Source: Octopus vulgaris (Eukaryota). Taken from it: DNA of 64,000 bases. A program made the position numbers and the translations under genes. Below are positions 52,685 through 64,000 of this stretch, piece after piece. The first letter of the stretch is position 1. The number at the start of each line of letters is the position of its first letter. The notes under the pieces were generated by a model that ran no database searches, was not told the origin of the DNA, and saw nothing but the letters and a program-made list of their open reading frames with translations. The stretch lies in the NCBI GenBank assembly GCA_951406725.2, contig OX597831.1, forward strand, positions 34,596,001 through 34,660,000, written 5' to 3'.

Positions 52685-52970
52685 TTATGACAAAGACAAA
52701 GACAAGGGTTCCAGTTTATCTGATCAATGGAACAGCCTGCTCATGAAGTTAACATGCAAGTGGCTGAGCATTCCACAAACATGCAGATCCTTAATGTGGT
52801 TCTCAGGGAGATTTAGTGTGATACAACTGGTGACAAAGCTGACCCTTTTCAATAACTGGTACAGCTAATTTTTGCCAGCTGAGTCGATTGCAGCAACACA
52901 AAATAAAGTGTCTTGCTCGAGGACACAACTCTTTGGTGGGAATCAAATTCTAATCACTAAGTCACATGTC
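52685..52970 (-). mobile_element. SINE, head D with tail Y (old copy)
   Basis: Tail GGAACAGCCTGCTC..GTGGCTGAGCA is shared with family A; head AAAGTGTCTTGCTC is shared with family D; a similar copy lies at ~62435-62722. Confidence 0.65.
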
Positions 52971-52981
52971 TTTATATTGTA

Positions 52982-53547
52982 TTGGGTTGTCCGGAAAGTT
53001 CATGCCAATTTATAGCAGCTTACCTTTCGACTTATTTTAGAACATGGTTGAGTCCATAAAATAGGATTTTACTACACCTCCATTTAGAGCACAGTTTAAG
53101 CTATCTTTTTGTGGAAGAAGGTTTATGTTCCAATAACCTGTGTTAATTCTGTAACCCTTTAAAATGGAAGATAAGAAAGTTCATTTTCAGCACTTGATGC
53201 TTTGGGAACTAGACAAAAATTGCTGCTGCTCAGCTGGGATGTGTTACCCCACCCTCCATATTCACCAGATATTGCTCCTTCGGATTTCCACTTATTAAGG
53301 TCTCTGCAGAATAGTCTTAATGGTAAAAATTTCAATTCCTTGGATGATGTAAAAAGATACCTGGATGAATTCTTTGCCATGAAACCACTTCAATTCTGGG
53401 AAGAGGGTATTTTCAAGTTAAAGGAAAGATGGAGATGCATTGTGCAACAAAATGGTTCATATTTGGTTGACTAAAAATGTAATGGCAAGTATTTATTGAC
53501 CTTTTTCTTTCCTTTAAAAATCAGCACGAACTTTCCAGACAACCTAA
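52982..53547 (+). mobile_element. Second copy of the internally deleted mariner
   Basis: Same TIRs and same MEDKKVHF..LMLWE / TRQKLL..WDVLPHPPYSPDIAPSD fusion as 6770-7324. Confidence 0.92.
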
Positions 53548-53746
53548 TGCAGCACTTTTGTATCATTTGAGGGGTCCAGGGTAGGCAAACAGAAAGGCCA
53601 CCCTGGGTGGCATACACTCTAGTGTGCGTGTATATATATATATATATACACACACACACTCTAGCTATGCTAGTGTGTGTATATATATATGTATATATAT
53701 ATACACACACACACACGCTCTAGCTATGCTAGTGTGTGTGTTTGTG

Positions 53747-54028
53747 TATACGATATAAAAAACGATTACCTAGGTACCATTGGTTTCACTCGTTAATATC
53801 TACGTATCCAAACATGCAGATATCTGCAGGATCGTCAGTGTAGTCTGTCGCTTACAAAACACAACTTCCAGAACTAGATACAGAACGAAATTGAGCATGT
53901 ATAAAGTTCTGTATTTTGTAAACGACAGACTACAAGGACGATCTTACAGATATCTGCATGTTTGCATATGTAGATAATTAACAAGTGAAATCAATTGGTA
54001 CGTAGGTAATAATTTTTTATTTCGTATA
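53747..54028. repeat. ~120-bp-arm palindrome (fold-back or MITE-like)
   Basis: 53747-53867 is an imperfect reverse complement of 53904-54028; TATA at both ends. Confidence 0.88.
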
Positions 54029-54373
54029 TTTTCATTTGTCTTGCTCATTTTCACATTTTGGTGTTTTGCTGAGATTTTTTTCTTGAGGACACACTCTTCG
54101 TGGTAATGGTGATTTGACGTCTATGTTTAGCATATAGGGTGTCCACTTTAGTGGTCATTCCACTTAATTTTGTGTGTAACACAATTTTTAATCTTCGGAT
54201 TTTTAAATATGCTAAGCCACTGGTTTAAATTGATTAATACCAATTTCTACCCTTGTTATTTAATTATATATATATATATATATAGTTATATATATATATA
54301 GATACATATATATATATAGATATATATAGTTATATATATAGATACATATATATAGTTATATATATATATAGAT

Positions 54374-54588
54374 AAAGACCCCCTTCGGTCATGAGTGACC
54401 ATGGGTTTGCACCTAGAGAGTTACCCTCTGAGGCACAAGTCTGGGCAAGGCTGTTTTATGGAAGACCAGTAGTCGCCCATGCATACCGGCCTCCCCTCTC
54501 CACGCCACCAGTGTTATCCAAGGGAAAGACAAAGGTCGATACAGCTTGGCACCTGTGACGTCGCAACTCATTTCTACAGCTGAGTGAA
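54374..54588 (-). mobile_element. SINE tail Z fragment inside an AT-rich (TATAGTTA/TAGATACA) minisatellite
   Basis: Matches 38003-38190; flanked on both sides by the 54260-54800 minisatellite. Confidence 0.75.
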
Positions 54589-54939
54589 GATACATATAGA
54601 TACATATAGTTATATATATATAGTTATATATATATATATATAGATACATATATATATATAGTTATATATATATATATAGATACATATAGTTATATATATA
54701 TATATAGTTATATATATATATAGAGAGATATATAGTTATATATATATATATAGAGAGATATATATATATATATATTGATATATATAGTTATATATATATA
54801 AAATATCGGCAGGATTTAGTCATGTTTTGTAAAAGAAAGATATACGACAAAATGCATCAACTCAAATACATAACAGCTACTTAATTTATGAAACTGGTAT
54901 TAGTTGAACTTTAGAGAAATACAAATGAGTCTATCCTTC

Positions 54940-56760
54940 TAAACTTTTTGCCACAAGGGCAGCGTGGGGGAGGTGGGGATGAGTCGATTACAGTGACCCC
55001 AGTATTCAACTGGTACTTATTTTATCGACCCCAAAAGGATGAAAGGCAAAGTCGACCTCAAAGGAATTTGAATTCAGAATGTAGGGACAGGTGAAATACC
55101 GCTAAGCATTTCATCCAGCATCCTAGCAATTCTGCCAGCTCGCCTTGAAGATTATAAATAATGGCAAAACATTGAAATATAAAGAGCAGAGAGCTGGCAG
55201 AATAATTAGTACACCTGACAAAATGTGTAGTGGCATTTTGTCCATCTTCATGTTCCGAGTTAAAATTCTGCCAAGATCAACTCTGCCTTTCGTCATTTCA
55301 GGGTTGATGAAATAAGTACCAGTTGAAAATTGGGGTCAATGTAATGGACTAGACACACCCCAAAATTTCAGGCCTTGTGCCTAAAATAAAAGGGATTATT
55401 GCTATTATTTTACAAAACATGACTAAATTCTGCTGAGATCAACATTACCTTTAATATTTTCAGGGGTTGATTAAATAAACTACCAGTCATGTACTGGGGT
55501 TGATATAATTAACTGTTCCCCTCTCCTTAATGAGCTTGCTGAATTGTTAGAATTCCTAGCAAAATATCTTCAAGTATTTCTTTTGATTCTTCTCATTTAG
55601 GGTTGAAATTTTTGCCTTTTGTTCTTTCAGTGGTCAATAAAACAAAGTACTTGTCAAATACTTGTATTGATAGTATTGGCGCAGGAGTGGCTGTGTGGTA
55701 AGTAGCTTGCTTACCAACCACATGGTTTTGAGTTCAGTCCTACTGCATGGCACTTCGGGCAAATGTCTTCTACTATAGCCTTGGGACGACCAAAGCCTTG
55801 TGAATGGATATAGTAGACGGAAACTGAAAGAAGCCCGTCGTATATATATATATGTGTGTGCATATGTTTGTCCCCCCAACATTGCTTGACAACCGATGCT
55901 GGTGTGTTTACATTCCCGTAACTTAGTGGTTCGGCAAAAGAGACCAATAGAATAAGTACTAGGCTTACAAAGAATAAGCCCTGGGGTTGATTTGCTCGAC
56001 TAAAAGGCGGTGGTCCTGGATAGCCGCCAGTCAAATAACTGAAACAAGTAGAAGAGTAAAAGAGTAAAGAGAGTAACCCTTTCCCTAAATAATGACAATA
56101 ATAGTAATTATCGCGAGAACAATTAGACATAAATAATTATTTCAAATTTTTGCCACAAAGGCAGCTTGGTGAAGGTGGCGATGAGTTGATTACAGTGACT
56201 CCAATGGTCAACTGGTGCTTATTTTATCAACCCTGAAAGGATGAAAGGCAAAGTCAACCTCAGCAGAATTTGAACTCAGAATGTAGCGACAGGCGAAATA
56301 CCGCTAAGCATTTTGTCCAGCATGCTAATGATTCCACCAGCTCATTGCCTTGAAGATCATAAATAATGGCAAAACATTGAAATATAAAAAGCAGAGAGCT
56401 GGCAGAATAAGTAGTACACCTGAAAAATTGTTTCGTGGCATTTTGCCCATTTTCATATTCCGAGTCCAAAGTTCCATCAAGATCAACTCTGCCTTTTATC
56501 ATTTCAGGGTTGAAAACTGGGGTCAATGTAATGGACCAGCCACACCCCAAAATTTCAGGCCTTGTGCCTATAATAAAAAAGGATTATTGCTATTATTTAC
56601 AGTGGTAAGCTGGCAGAGTTGTTAGTAGTAATGTTTTGTCTGCCAAGGTTGACTTTGCTTTCGTCTTTTTTGGGGTCGATAAATAAAGTACTGGTTACAT
56701 ACAGGAGTTGAAGTAACCAACTTGTTCCCCTCCGCCTGAAATTACTGGCCTTGTGCCAAA
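54940..56760. repeat. Old tandem duplication of a head-to-head family C SINE pair, with SINE B (55678-56072 +) between the copies
   Basis: The unique spacer CCTTGAAGAT.ATAAATAATGGCAAAACATTGAAATATAAA.AGCAGAGAGCTGG occurs at ~55143 and ~56347, with matching flanks. Confidence 0.85.
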
Positions 56761-57957
56761 ATTTAGAATCATTATTATCCAAATTATCATTAGGTAAAGA
56801 GTGAAGTAATATTTAGTAATGCTGTTTGGTAGTTCTGTAATAAGAAGGAAAGCATTTCAGAAATAAGCATCACCATCAGAGAGAAAAGGCAGATGAGAGA
56901 GAGAGAGAGAGAGAGAGAGGAGGAGGAGGAGGAGGAGGAAGAGGAAGGTGAATACATGGAAAGAAGACTGTCAATAAAACCCCAGCCAGGTGTTATATTT
57001 CTGCATCCACATTTGCCCATTTTGCATACTGTCCCCTTCTACAAACTTCAACAAGATCCCGAGTGCCAACACGGTACAGCAAATAGTATTTTAGGTCTAC
57101 GTCTGTCATATCAATACCAGTCACCATCTCGTCTTTATTCGGTTGTTTAACTTCCTAGAAATAGCAGGCACATCTTCCTCAAAATACATCTTACTGTTGT
57201 AAATAATCTTTTCAAATAAAGGTACAAAGCCTGAAATTTTGGGAAGAGGGGGGCTAGTCAATTATACTAACCCCCAAGTATTTGACTGGTACTTATTTTA
57301 TCAACCCCCCCAAAAGGATGAAAGCCAAATCTTCACCGAGCAGAATGTCTTCAATCATAAGTCAGCTCAATCAAGGTTTGACCTGAGGTTAAGCAACAAT
57401 GTTGTATCGATGGTTTTAGTCATCAGACTGGAGCCATGCAAAGACAGAATTTCTTAATTATTTGCAAATATTACAACTGTACATGCACACGGGTGTGGCT
57501 GAATGGTTAAGAGACTTGCTTCCCAACCATGTGGTTTTGGGTTCAGTCCCATTGCAGAACACCTTCGGCAAATGTCTTCAGCTGTAGCCTCAGGTCAACC
57601 AAGGCCTTCTGAGCAGATATGGTAGCAGGAAACCGAAAGAAGCCAGTTGAGTGTGTGGCTGGATACATTGTCCTAATATCATGTGATAGTAATAAACGAG
57701 AATCTTATCTGCTTTCAATGTTGTTTCATTTCCAATCTTATGTGGACAAAAAATATATCTGACCTTGGAGAAATACTACCTGGCTTGGAAACAGGTGAGA
57801 ATGGGTGACACAAAGGGCATCTGACAAGTGAAAATCTGCCTCAACAAATTCCAGCTGACCCATGCTAGCATGAAAAAGTGGACATTATAATGATGATGTG
57901 TGTATATTATCATCATTTAACATTCGTTTTTCAGGCTGACATGGGTTGGACATACAT

Positions 57958-58300
57958 ACTCTTTTACTTGCGATGGGTTTTAGTCGAACAAATCGACCCC
58001 AGGATTTATTCTTTGTAAGCCTAGTACTTATTCCATCAGCCTCTTTTGCCAAGCCACTAAGTTACAGGGGACATAAACACACCAACATTAGTTGTCAAGT
58101 GATGGAGTGGGGGACAAACACACACACATATATATATATACGCTGGGCTTCTTTCAGTTTCCATCTACCAAATCAACTCACAAGGCTTTGGTCAGCCCGA
58201 GGCTGTAGTAGAAGACGCTTGCCCAAGGTGCCATGCAGTGGGACTGAACCCAGAACCATGTCAGTAGGAAGCAGCTTCTTACCACATAGCCACTCCTGCG
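57958..58300 (-). mobile_element. SINE family B (further decayed copies at ~57490-57650, 59085-59425, 62240-62400, 63180-63420, 63895-64000)
   Basis: Similarity to the family consensus seen in the window. Confidence 0.8.
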
Positions 58301-59920
58301 CATTGCCAACACTCAAAACTCTCAGACCTAGAGTCACTCTGTTGCTTCTGCTAAATATTAATAAAAATGTACATAATTAAAAATAAGGAGAAAATCTATA
58401 TAAGAATTTATCAAGTAGTCAGTGTGAAAATATCCATGTGCTTTGTTGGATACATTTGGTGTTCGTCTGGTTTGTGAATTTTGTTCATTTTCATGTGCTC
58501 TGATAATGCCTGCACTGACGATTAGAAAGTAGATCATGTACTCTATGAAATCATATGATTTGTGGCTGAATCTGTTTTTAAGAGATGACTTCCAAGCTGC
58601 ATTCCCTCGCTGTCGGTACGCTGTATATTTATTAAGGTAGTATTTACTTTAAAAGTCCCTTATAGTGTGAGGCATTTACATGTAGTAATGCCCTTAATAT
58701 AATAAAAATATACATATACTCATATTTTGAGTTTTATTTTTCCTGTTTGCACTAATATATATATATATGTATATATATTATAAATTAGGATAAGTTCGTA
58801 TATAGTGGATGAATATAAAACCTGGACATTTACAGTTAAAGATTTTTGGAGAAAGGGTACTTATTTTAATGTCTAAAGAAGCACCAAGAATATTTGTCTC
58901 TCTGGCAAGGGACCTCTTCACTTAAAACCTTTTGTCTCTCCATGGCATACAAACTCAATCAAATCTATATTTCAGTTAAATGATTCTTGATGACATTGAC
59001 CTTCATTTGTGATGTAAGAAATTGGTCACTATTTCTAAGGAAATAATGGATTCTGTGACAGCATTATATTTCTGTTGCTTATTTTTCACTTGTTTCAATC
59101 GTGGGACTGTAGCCATGCTGGGGCACCACTTTCAATGATTTTAGGTGAATGAATCAACCCCAATAATTATTTTTTAAAAGCATTGTACTTATCCTATCAT
59201 TCTCTTTTGTTGAACTGCTAAGTTTTAGGGCCATTAAAACAACACAAGTTGTCAAGTGGTGCTGGAATCAAACACAAATACAATGGACGTCTTTCAGGTT
59301 CAATCTACCAAATCCACTAACAAGGCTTTGGTCAGCTTGAAGCTATAGTAGACACTTGCCCCAAAGTGCTATACAGTGGGAATGAACCCAGAACCAAACT
59401 TCTTACCACACAGCCCTGCCTGTACCTGTATTTTGTCAAATCTGATCCCCTGCCCACTTCTTTTTCTTTTTAAATATCTGTACACCCCATATTTATTAAT
59501 TTCCAGCTCCACCTAATCACCCCAAACACTCTCTTCTAAAATGCAAGTAGTTGTGCACCTCCTCTACAGCAAGGAACCTGTTCTGCTCTGGCCCTTTCCT
59601 CTCATACTTTACCCTTCTCTACTCTTCATCTCTTAGTATAAAGTTGCATCCTTCAAGGGTTCATAGTCTTGCAAATTGCATGGTGACCTTCAGTGGTGCT
59701 GGTGGCATGAAAAAGAGTACTCAATACATACTGCAAAGTGGTTGGTGTTAGAAAGGTCACCCAACTATGTTAAAAACAGACAACTGGAGCACAATGCAGG
59801 CTTTGGGTATGGACAATCTATCCAACCCACGCTAGAATGGAACAAGGACATTAAACAATCAGGGTCATGATTAGTACTATGGTATGGCTTAGCTTAGCTT
59901 TAACTACTCATTATCTATAT

Positions 59921-60181
59921 CAGGGGTTCTCAACCATTTTTTGTATTCATAGACTCATTTGATTACTATTTTATTCTGGTGAACCCCTTCGCCATTCGAT
60001 CTTTATAAACTAGTTTTCCAGAAATTTTTTTCAAAATTCCTATTTTAATTCTCTGGCGTTAAGAAGGGCATCCAGCTGTAGAAACACTGCCAGATCAGAT
60101 TGGAGCCTGGTGCAGCCGCTAGCTCTCCACACCTCAGTCAAACAGTCCAATCCATGCCAGCATGGAAAACGGATGTTAAGC

Positions 60182-60216
<35 letters not shown>

Positions 60217-60404
60217 CATCAACTTGTGTGAATTGAACTATGTAAAATGTTAGAGAAAGGAGCCAAGTGGTTTCTTGTAATACATACATCTAAAGCAAGA
60301 TTTTTTTTTCAGGATCCCAAATTTACCATTTCGTTGCACAAACCCCGCCCCCACATCTTATATAGACCCTCAGGGGTCATACACACACCAGTTGAGAACC
60401 ACTG
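59921..60404. mobile_element. hAT-like MITE with nested family E repeat
   Basis: TIRs CAGGGGTTCTCAAC / GTTGAGAACCACTG; decayed 8-bp TSD ATCTATAT / ATCTGCAT. Confidence 0.8.
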
Positions 60405-60874
60405 ATCTGCATGAAGGAGAAAAAGAAAAGAGAGAGAGAAAGCATGTATATAAATGTGTGCATGCAAAAGAGAGGGGGGAAGGAGAGAGTGAAAGAACGA
60501 GAATATAACGCATGGGAAAGAGAATTCCAAGAACTAAGAAATTTTCCAAAGATTTTTTTTTTTTTGGAATCAACATCTGGCAAATTTTATTATTATTATT
60601 AATATTACGTTGCTGCCAAAAAATTTGAAAAATAATTATAAAATAAAACAAAAAACAAAAACAAAAATAGAAACAAATAAAAAGTTACAATTATTATTTG
60701 AAAGGAAAAAAAAAATTAATATTAATAATAATATTAATAATAATAATAACAACAACAACAACCACAAACACACAAACAATAAACCATAGAATTTAGCAGC
60801 AATTCTTTGCAGCAGTAACAAAGGTTGTATTTTGTTTCTTTTTTCTTTTTAATTCTTTTTTTTGTTTCTTTCAG

Positions 60875-60938
60875 GAAAGAATGGTTGGTGACATCATTGC
60901 AAGAATACATTGTCAAATATGGAGCAGTTCTGACTATG
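60875..60938 (+). CDS. Candidate internal coding exon (64 nt, phase 2 to 0): KEWLVTSLQEYIVKYGAVLTM
   Basis: Long polypyrimidine tract plus TTTCAG acceptor, ATG/GTAAAA donor; CG from exon 52451 + G gives an in-frame Arg. Confidence 0.55.
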
Positions 60939-62812
60939 GTAAAATGACAGAGAGAAACATACATACATACATACACTCTTACATACATACACACACATAT
61001 GTAAATATACACATATACATACATACATACATAGACAAGGTTGTAGGGATTTCCAAATATTTTTTTTTTCCTTTTTGATAGGGGTGTGGGGTTGTTGTTG
61101 CTGCTGCTGTTGTAGTTGTTAAAATGGAATGGCTGGGAGAGGATAGGGTGGCATGAGAGAAAGACAGTGAAAAATATATTCAAAAGGTTGTCTCTTTGTG
61201 TTAAATAATTAAAAAAAAACCAAAAAAAAACCCACTGTCCATTATTATGATTATTATTATTACTATTATTTTATACTTCATTTATATTTATTAAATGGTT
61301 TTGCTCATTTTTTTGTTTCGTTTTGTCAAAAACTGTTCGTTATGAAATTGATAACTTGTCTCCTTTTCATACATATACGTATGTGCACACACACAAACAC
61401 ACACACACACACCGAGAAAGCAGGGTGTGGGGGGAGTGAGAGGTATATGTGTGTGAATATATATGTATGTATTATATATACAAACACACAGACAGACAGA
61501 CAGTTAGTTACTAAAAATGAAATAGGAACCAATAGGCAAAAGTGGACAGACAGATCAATATTTGAAGTTTTGTCTTCATCATCCAACCCAAGTTACCATC
61601 AACTTGTTCAGCTTTTCAGCCTTCATAAATGATTCTGTCACCCAATGCCAGTAAAATTTTATAAATATATATATATACACACAGACACACACATTTCACT
61701 GTATCAACCAGACTATCAGGTATTGTTATATGCCACTGTCACAATGTGTAACCATGTATTATTGTAGTAGCTTTCAAATGGTGATACCCGACAGGCTGTG
61801 TGGGTAACTCAACATTCCCCATTCACCAGGATATCAGTTCACATAAAAAGCACTCATTACACCCTGAAGTGGTTGGTGTTAAGGGCATCTGGTCATAGAA
61901 ACCTTGCCAAAACAGACAATTGGAGCCTAGAGCAACTCTCCAGGTTTGCCAGTTCCTGTCAAACTGCCCAACCAGTGCCAGCATGGAAAACAGACATTAA
62001 ATGATAATTATTTAACCTTTATTCATTTTACATCAGTTTATTATGTCTATCTTATTAAGGTATTGTTTTGTAACTGGATGCCCTTCTGGTTACCAACCGT
62101 AGCATGTTTTTCAAGTAAGGGATCTCCCATTTCATACATCTTCACAGCTGTGAAGCAAACTGATGCTAGTTTTGACAATGACAAAACGTCCGCTTGTAGC
62201 AAGTGACTTTCATAGAGCACAAATGCAAACACAAACACGACAGGCTTTTTTTAGTTTCCATCATCTACGAAATCTACTCACAAAGCTTCGTTGACCTGGG
62301 GCCATAGTCGAGGATTCTTGCCCAGGGTGTTGTGCATGAGAATGAACCTGAAACCATGCAGTTGGGAAGTGAACTTCTTAATCATGAAGCCATGTCTGTG
62401 TCTATACATCCTTCTTTCTGGCACTCAATTAGTTATGACAACCAAGGTTTCAGGTGATCTGATCAACAGAGCAGCCTGCTTGTGAAATTAACATGTATGT
62501 GGTTGAGCACTCCACAGACATGCATACCATCAGTGTGGTTCTCGGGGATCTTCAGCTTGACAATCAAGATGACAAGACTACAGGTACAACTCATTACTGC
62601 CAGCTGTGTGGGACTGGAGTAACGGAGAAAAAGAAAGCGCCTTGCTCAAGGACACATGCTGCCAGATATCAAGCTCATGACCGTACAATTGGGAGCTGGG
62701 TACCCAAACCATTAAGCCACATGCTTTCTCCCACATGGATGTGTGCAGAATTTAAAACATATCAGTGGAGAATAACAAGATTATGAAAGATACGCAATGA
62801 TTTTATACATAC

Positions 62813-62845
<33 letters not shown>

Positions 62846-63025
62846 TACATACACACTTCACACGACAGGACACCCAAAATATTGAAATAATACTGAGAAT
62901 ATTGACATTTCTCAACATGAAAAAGGATAAAGCATAGCAGAATATAAACCTCTGAATATAATCACATATCACGAAATACATGTAAAAATAAATAAATAAT
63001 GATACCACATTATTTGCACCAACAG

Positions 63026-63070
63026 GCGAGTGAGCAAGTGATGTCAGGAGACATTAGTTTACCAGTGTGA
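63026..63070 (+). CDS. Possible terminal coding exon: ASEQVMSGDISLPV*
   Basis: ACAG acceptor with a weak pyrimidine tract; phase 0, compatible with 60938; ends TGA TAA. Confidence 0.2.
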   Translation, partial: ASEQVMSGDISLPV

Positions 63071-64000
63071 TAACCCAGAATCCATTCAGACGAGTGAAAG
63101 AGGTTGAGAGACAAAGGGAATTGTTTTACGACTCCTGAATTAATGATACTTTTTTTTTTTTTTTTTACTAGTATGCCATTCAGCTATGGCCATGCTGGGG
63201 CAATGCCTTGAAAGAGCTTTTTTTTTTTAAGTCGAACAGTATTTTGTTTTCTAAGTTAGGTGCTTATTCTATCAATCTCTTTTGCCAAACTGCTGAGTTA
63301 CGGAGACATAAACAAACCTACACCGGATTTCAAAAGGTCGGAGAGGAAACAAACAGAAGCACACACAATTATAAACTGGCTTCCACATAGTTTCCTTCTA
63401 TCAAATCTACTTGAGTGTTGTTTTAGCCAGCAGATGACTGATCAAGGAGACCTATACTCAATGCATTCCAACCATGACCAACCATTCTCTAATAATGCTG
63501 TTATTGTAATGTCATACATATAAAATTTAGGTCTTAGTAAATGTTTATACATAAGCTCTTTTATAATATTTTGGGGATATTTTTTTTTTAGCAAAGCCTC
63601 TTGTACAACCCTTAAAAGCCTGCAGCACATCACAGCTGACAAGTGTCATAAATGTGTAGTCCCTAATCCAAAATAACATTATTGAATGTCCTTTCTTTTT
63701 TTTTTCTAAAGATGATAGGGTGTATTATAAGGGAGATTTGGCTGCCATTTCTAGTGGTTTTAGTGACCACATAGAGGTTTACATCTGCAAACTTTAGCGT
63801 GATTGCAAAGCAAACATGTATCCATATGCAAGAATACACACATACAACATACCTTCTTTGAATGAAGGCATGTTCAAAGTTAACCCATTGCCTTTATCTT
63901 TTACTTGTTTCAGTCATTAGACTGTGGCCAAGCTGGGGCACCACCTTGAAGACTTTTACACAGATGAATTAACCGCAGAACTTATTTTTTTAATGCCAGG

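Overview
Animal (metazoan) genomic DNA that is very rich in repeats. The SINE, LINE and microsatellite make-up looks like an octopus or other coleoid cephalopod genome; this is an inference from recalled repeat families, not a database result. Almost all ORFs in the track are microsatellite artefacts. The window contains: (1) dozens of tRNA-head SINEs in several families that swap 5' heads and 3' tails; (2) decayed LINE pieces (R4/Dong-like with RLE endonuclease, CR1, RTE, Penelope GIY-YIG) and hammerhead-like motifs; (3) mariner/Tc1, hAT and Helentron-type MITEs, several with clear TIRs or TSDs; (4) three or four short + strand segments with canonical splice sites and compatible phases (38884-38962, 52451-52564, 60875-60938, possibly 63026-63070), which suggest an unidentified gene with large introns. 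The stand-out feature is a 10.7-kb hierarchical tandem array (15938-26603). It is built from palindromic A4T4 12-13-bp monomers grouped into 37-bp trimers. It is punctuated by 11 copies of a conserved ~200-bp complex core and 7 clusters of a 32-bp repeat, with a ~2.9-3-kb higher-order period.
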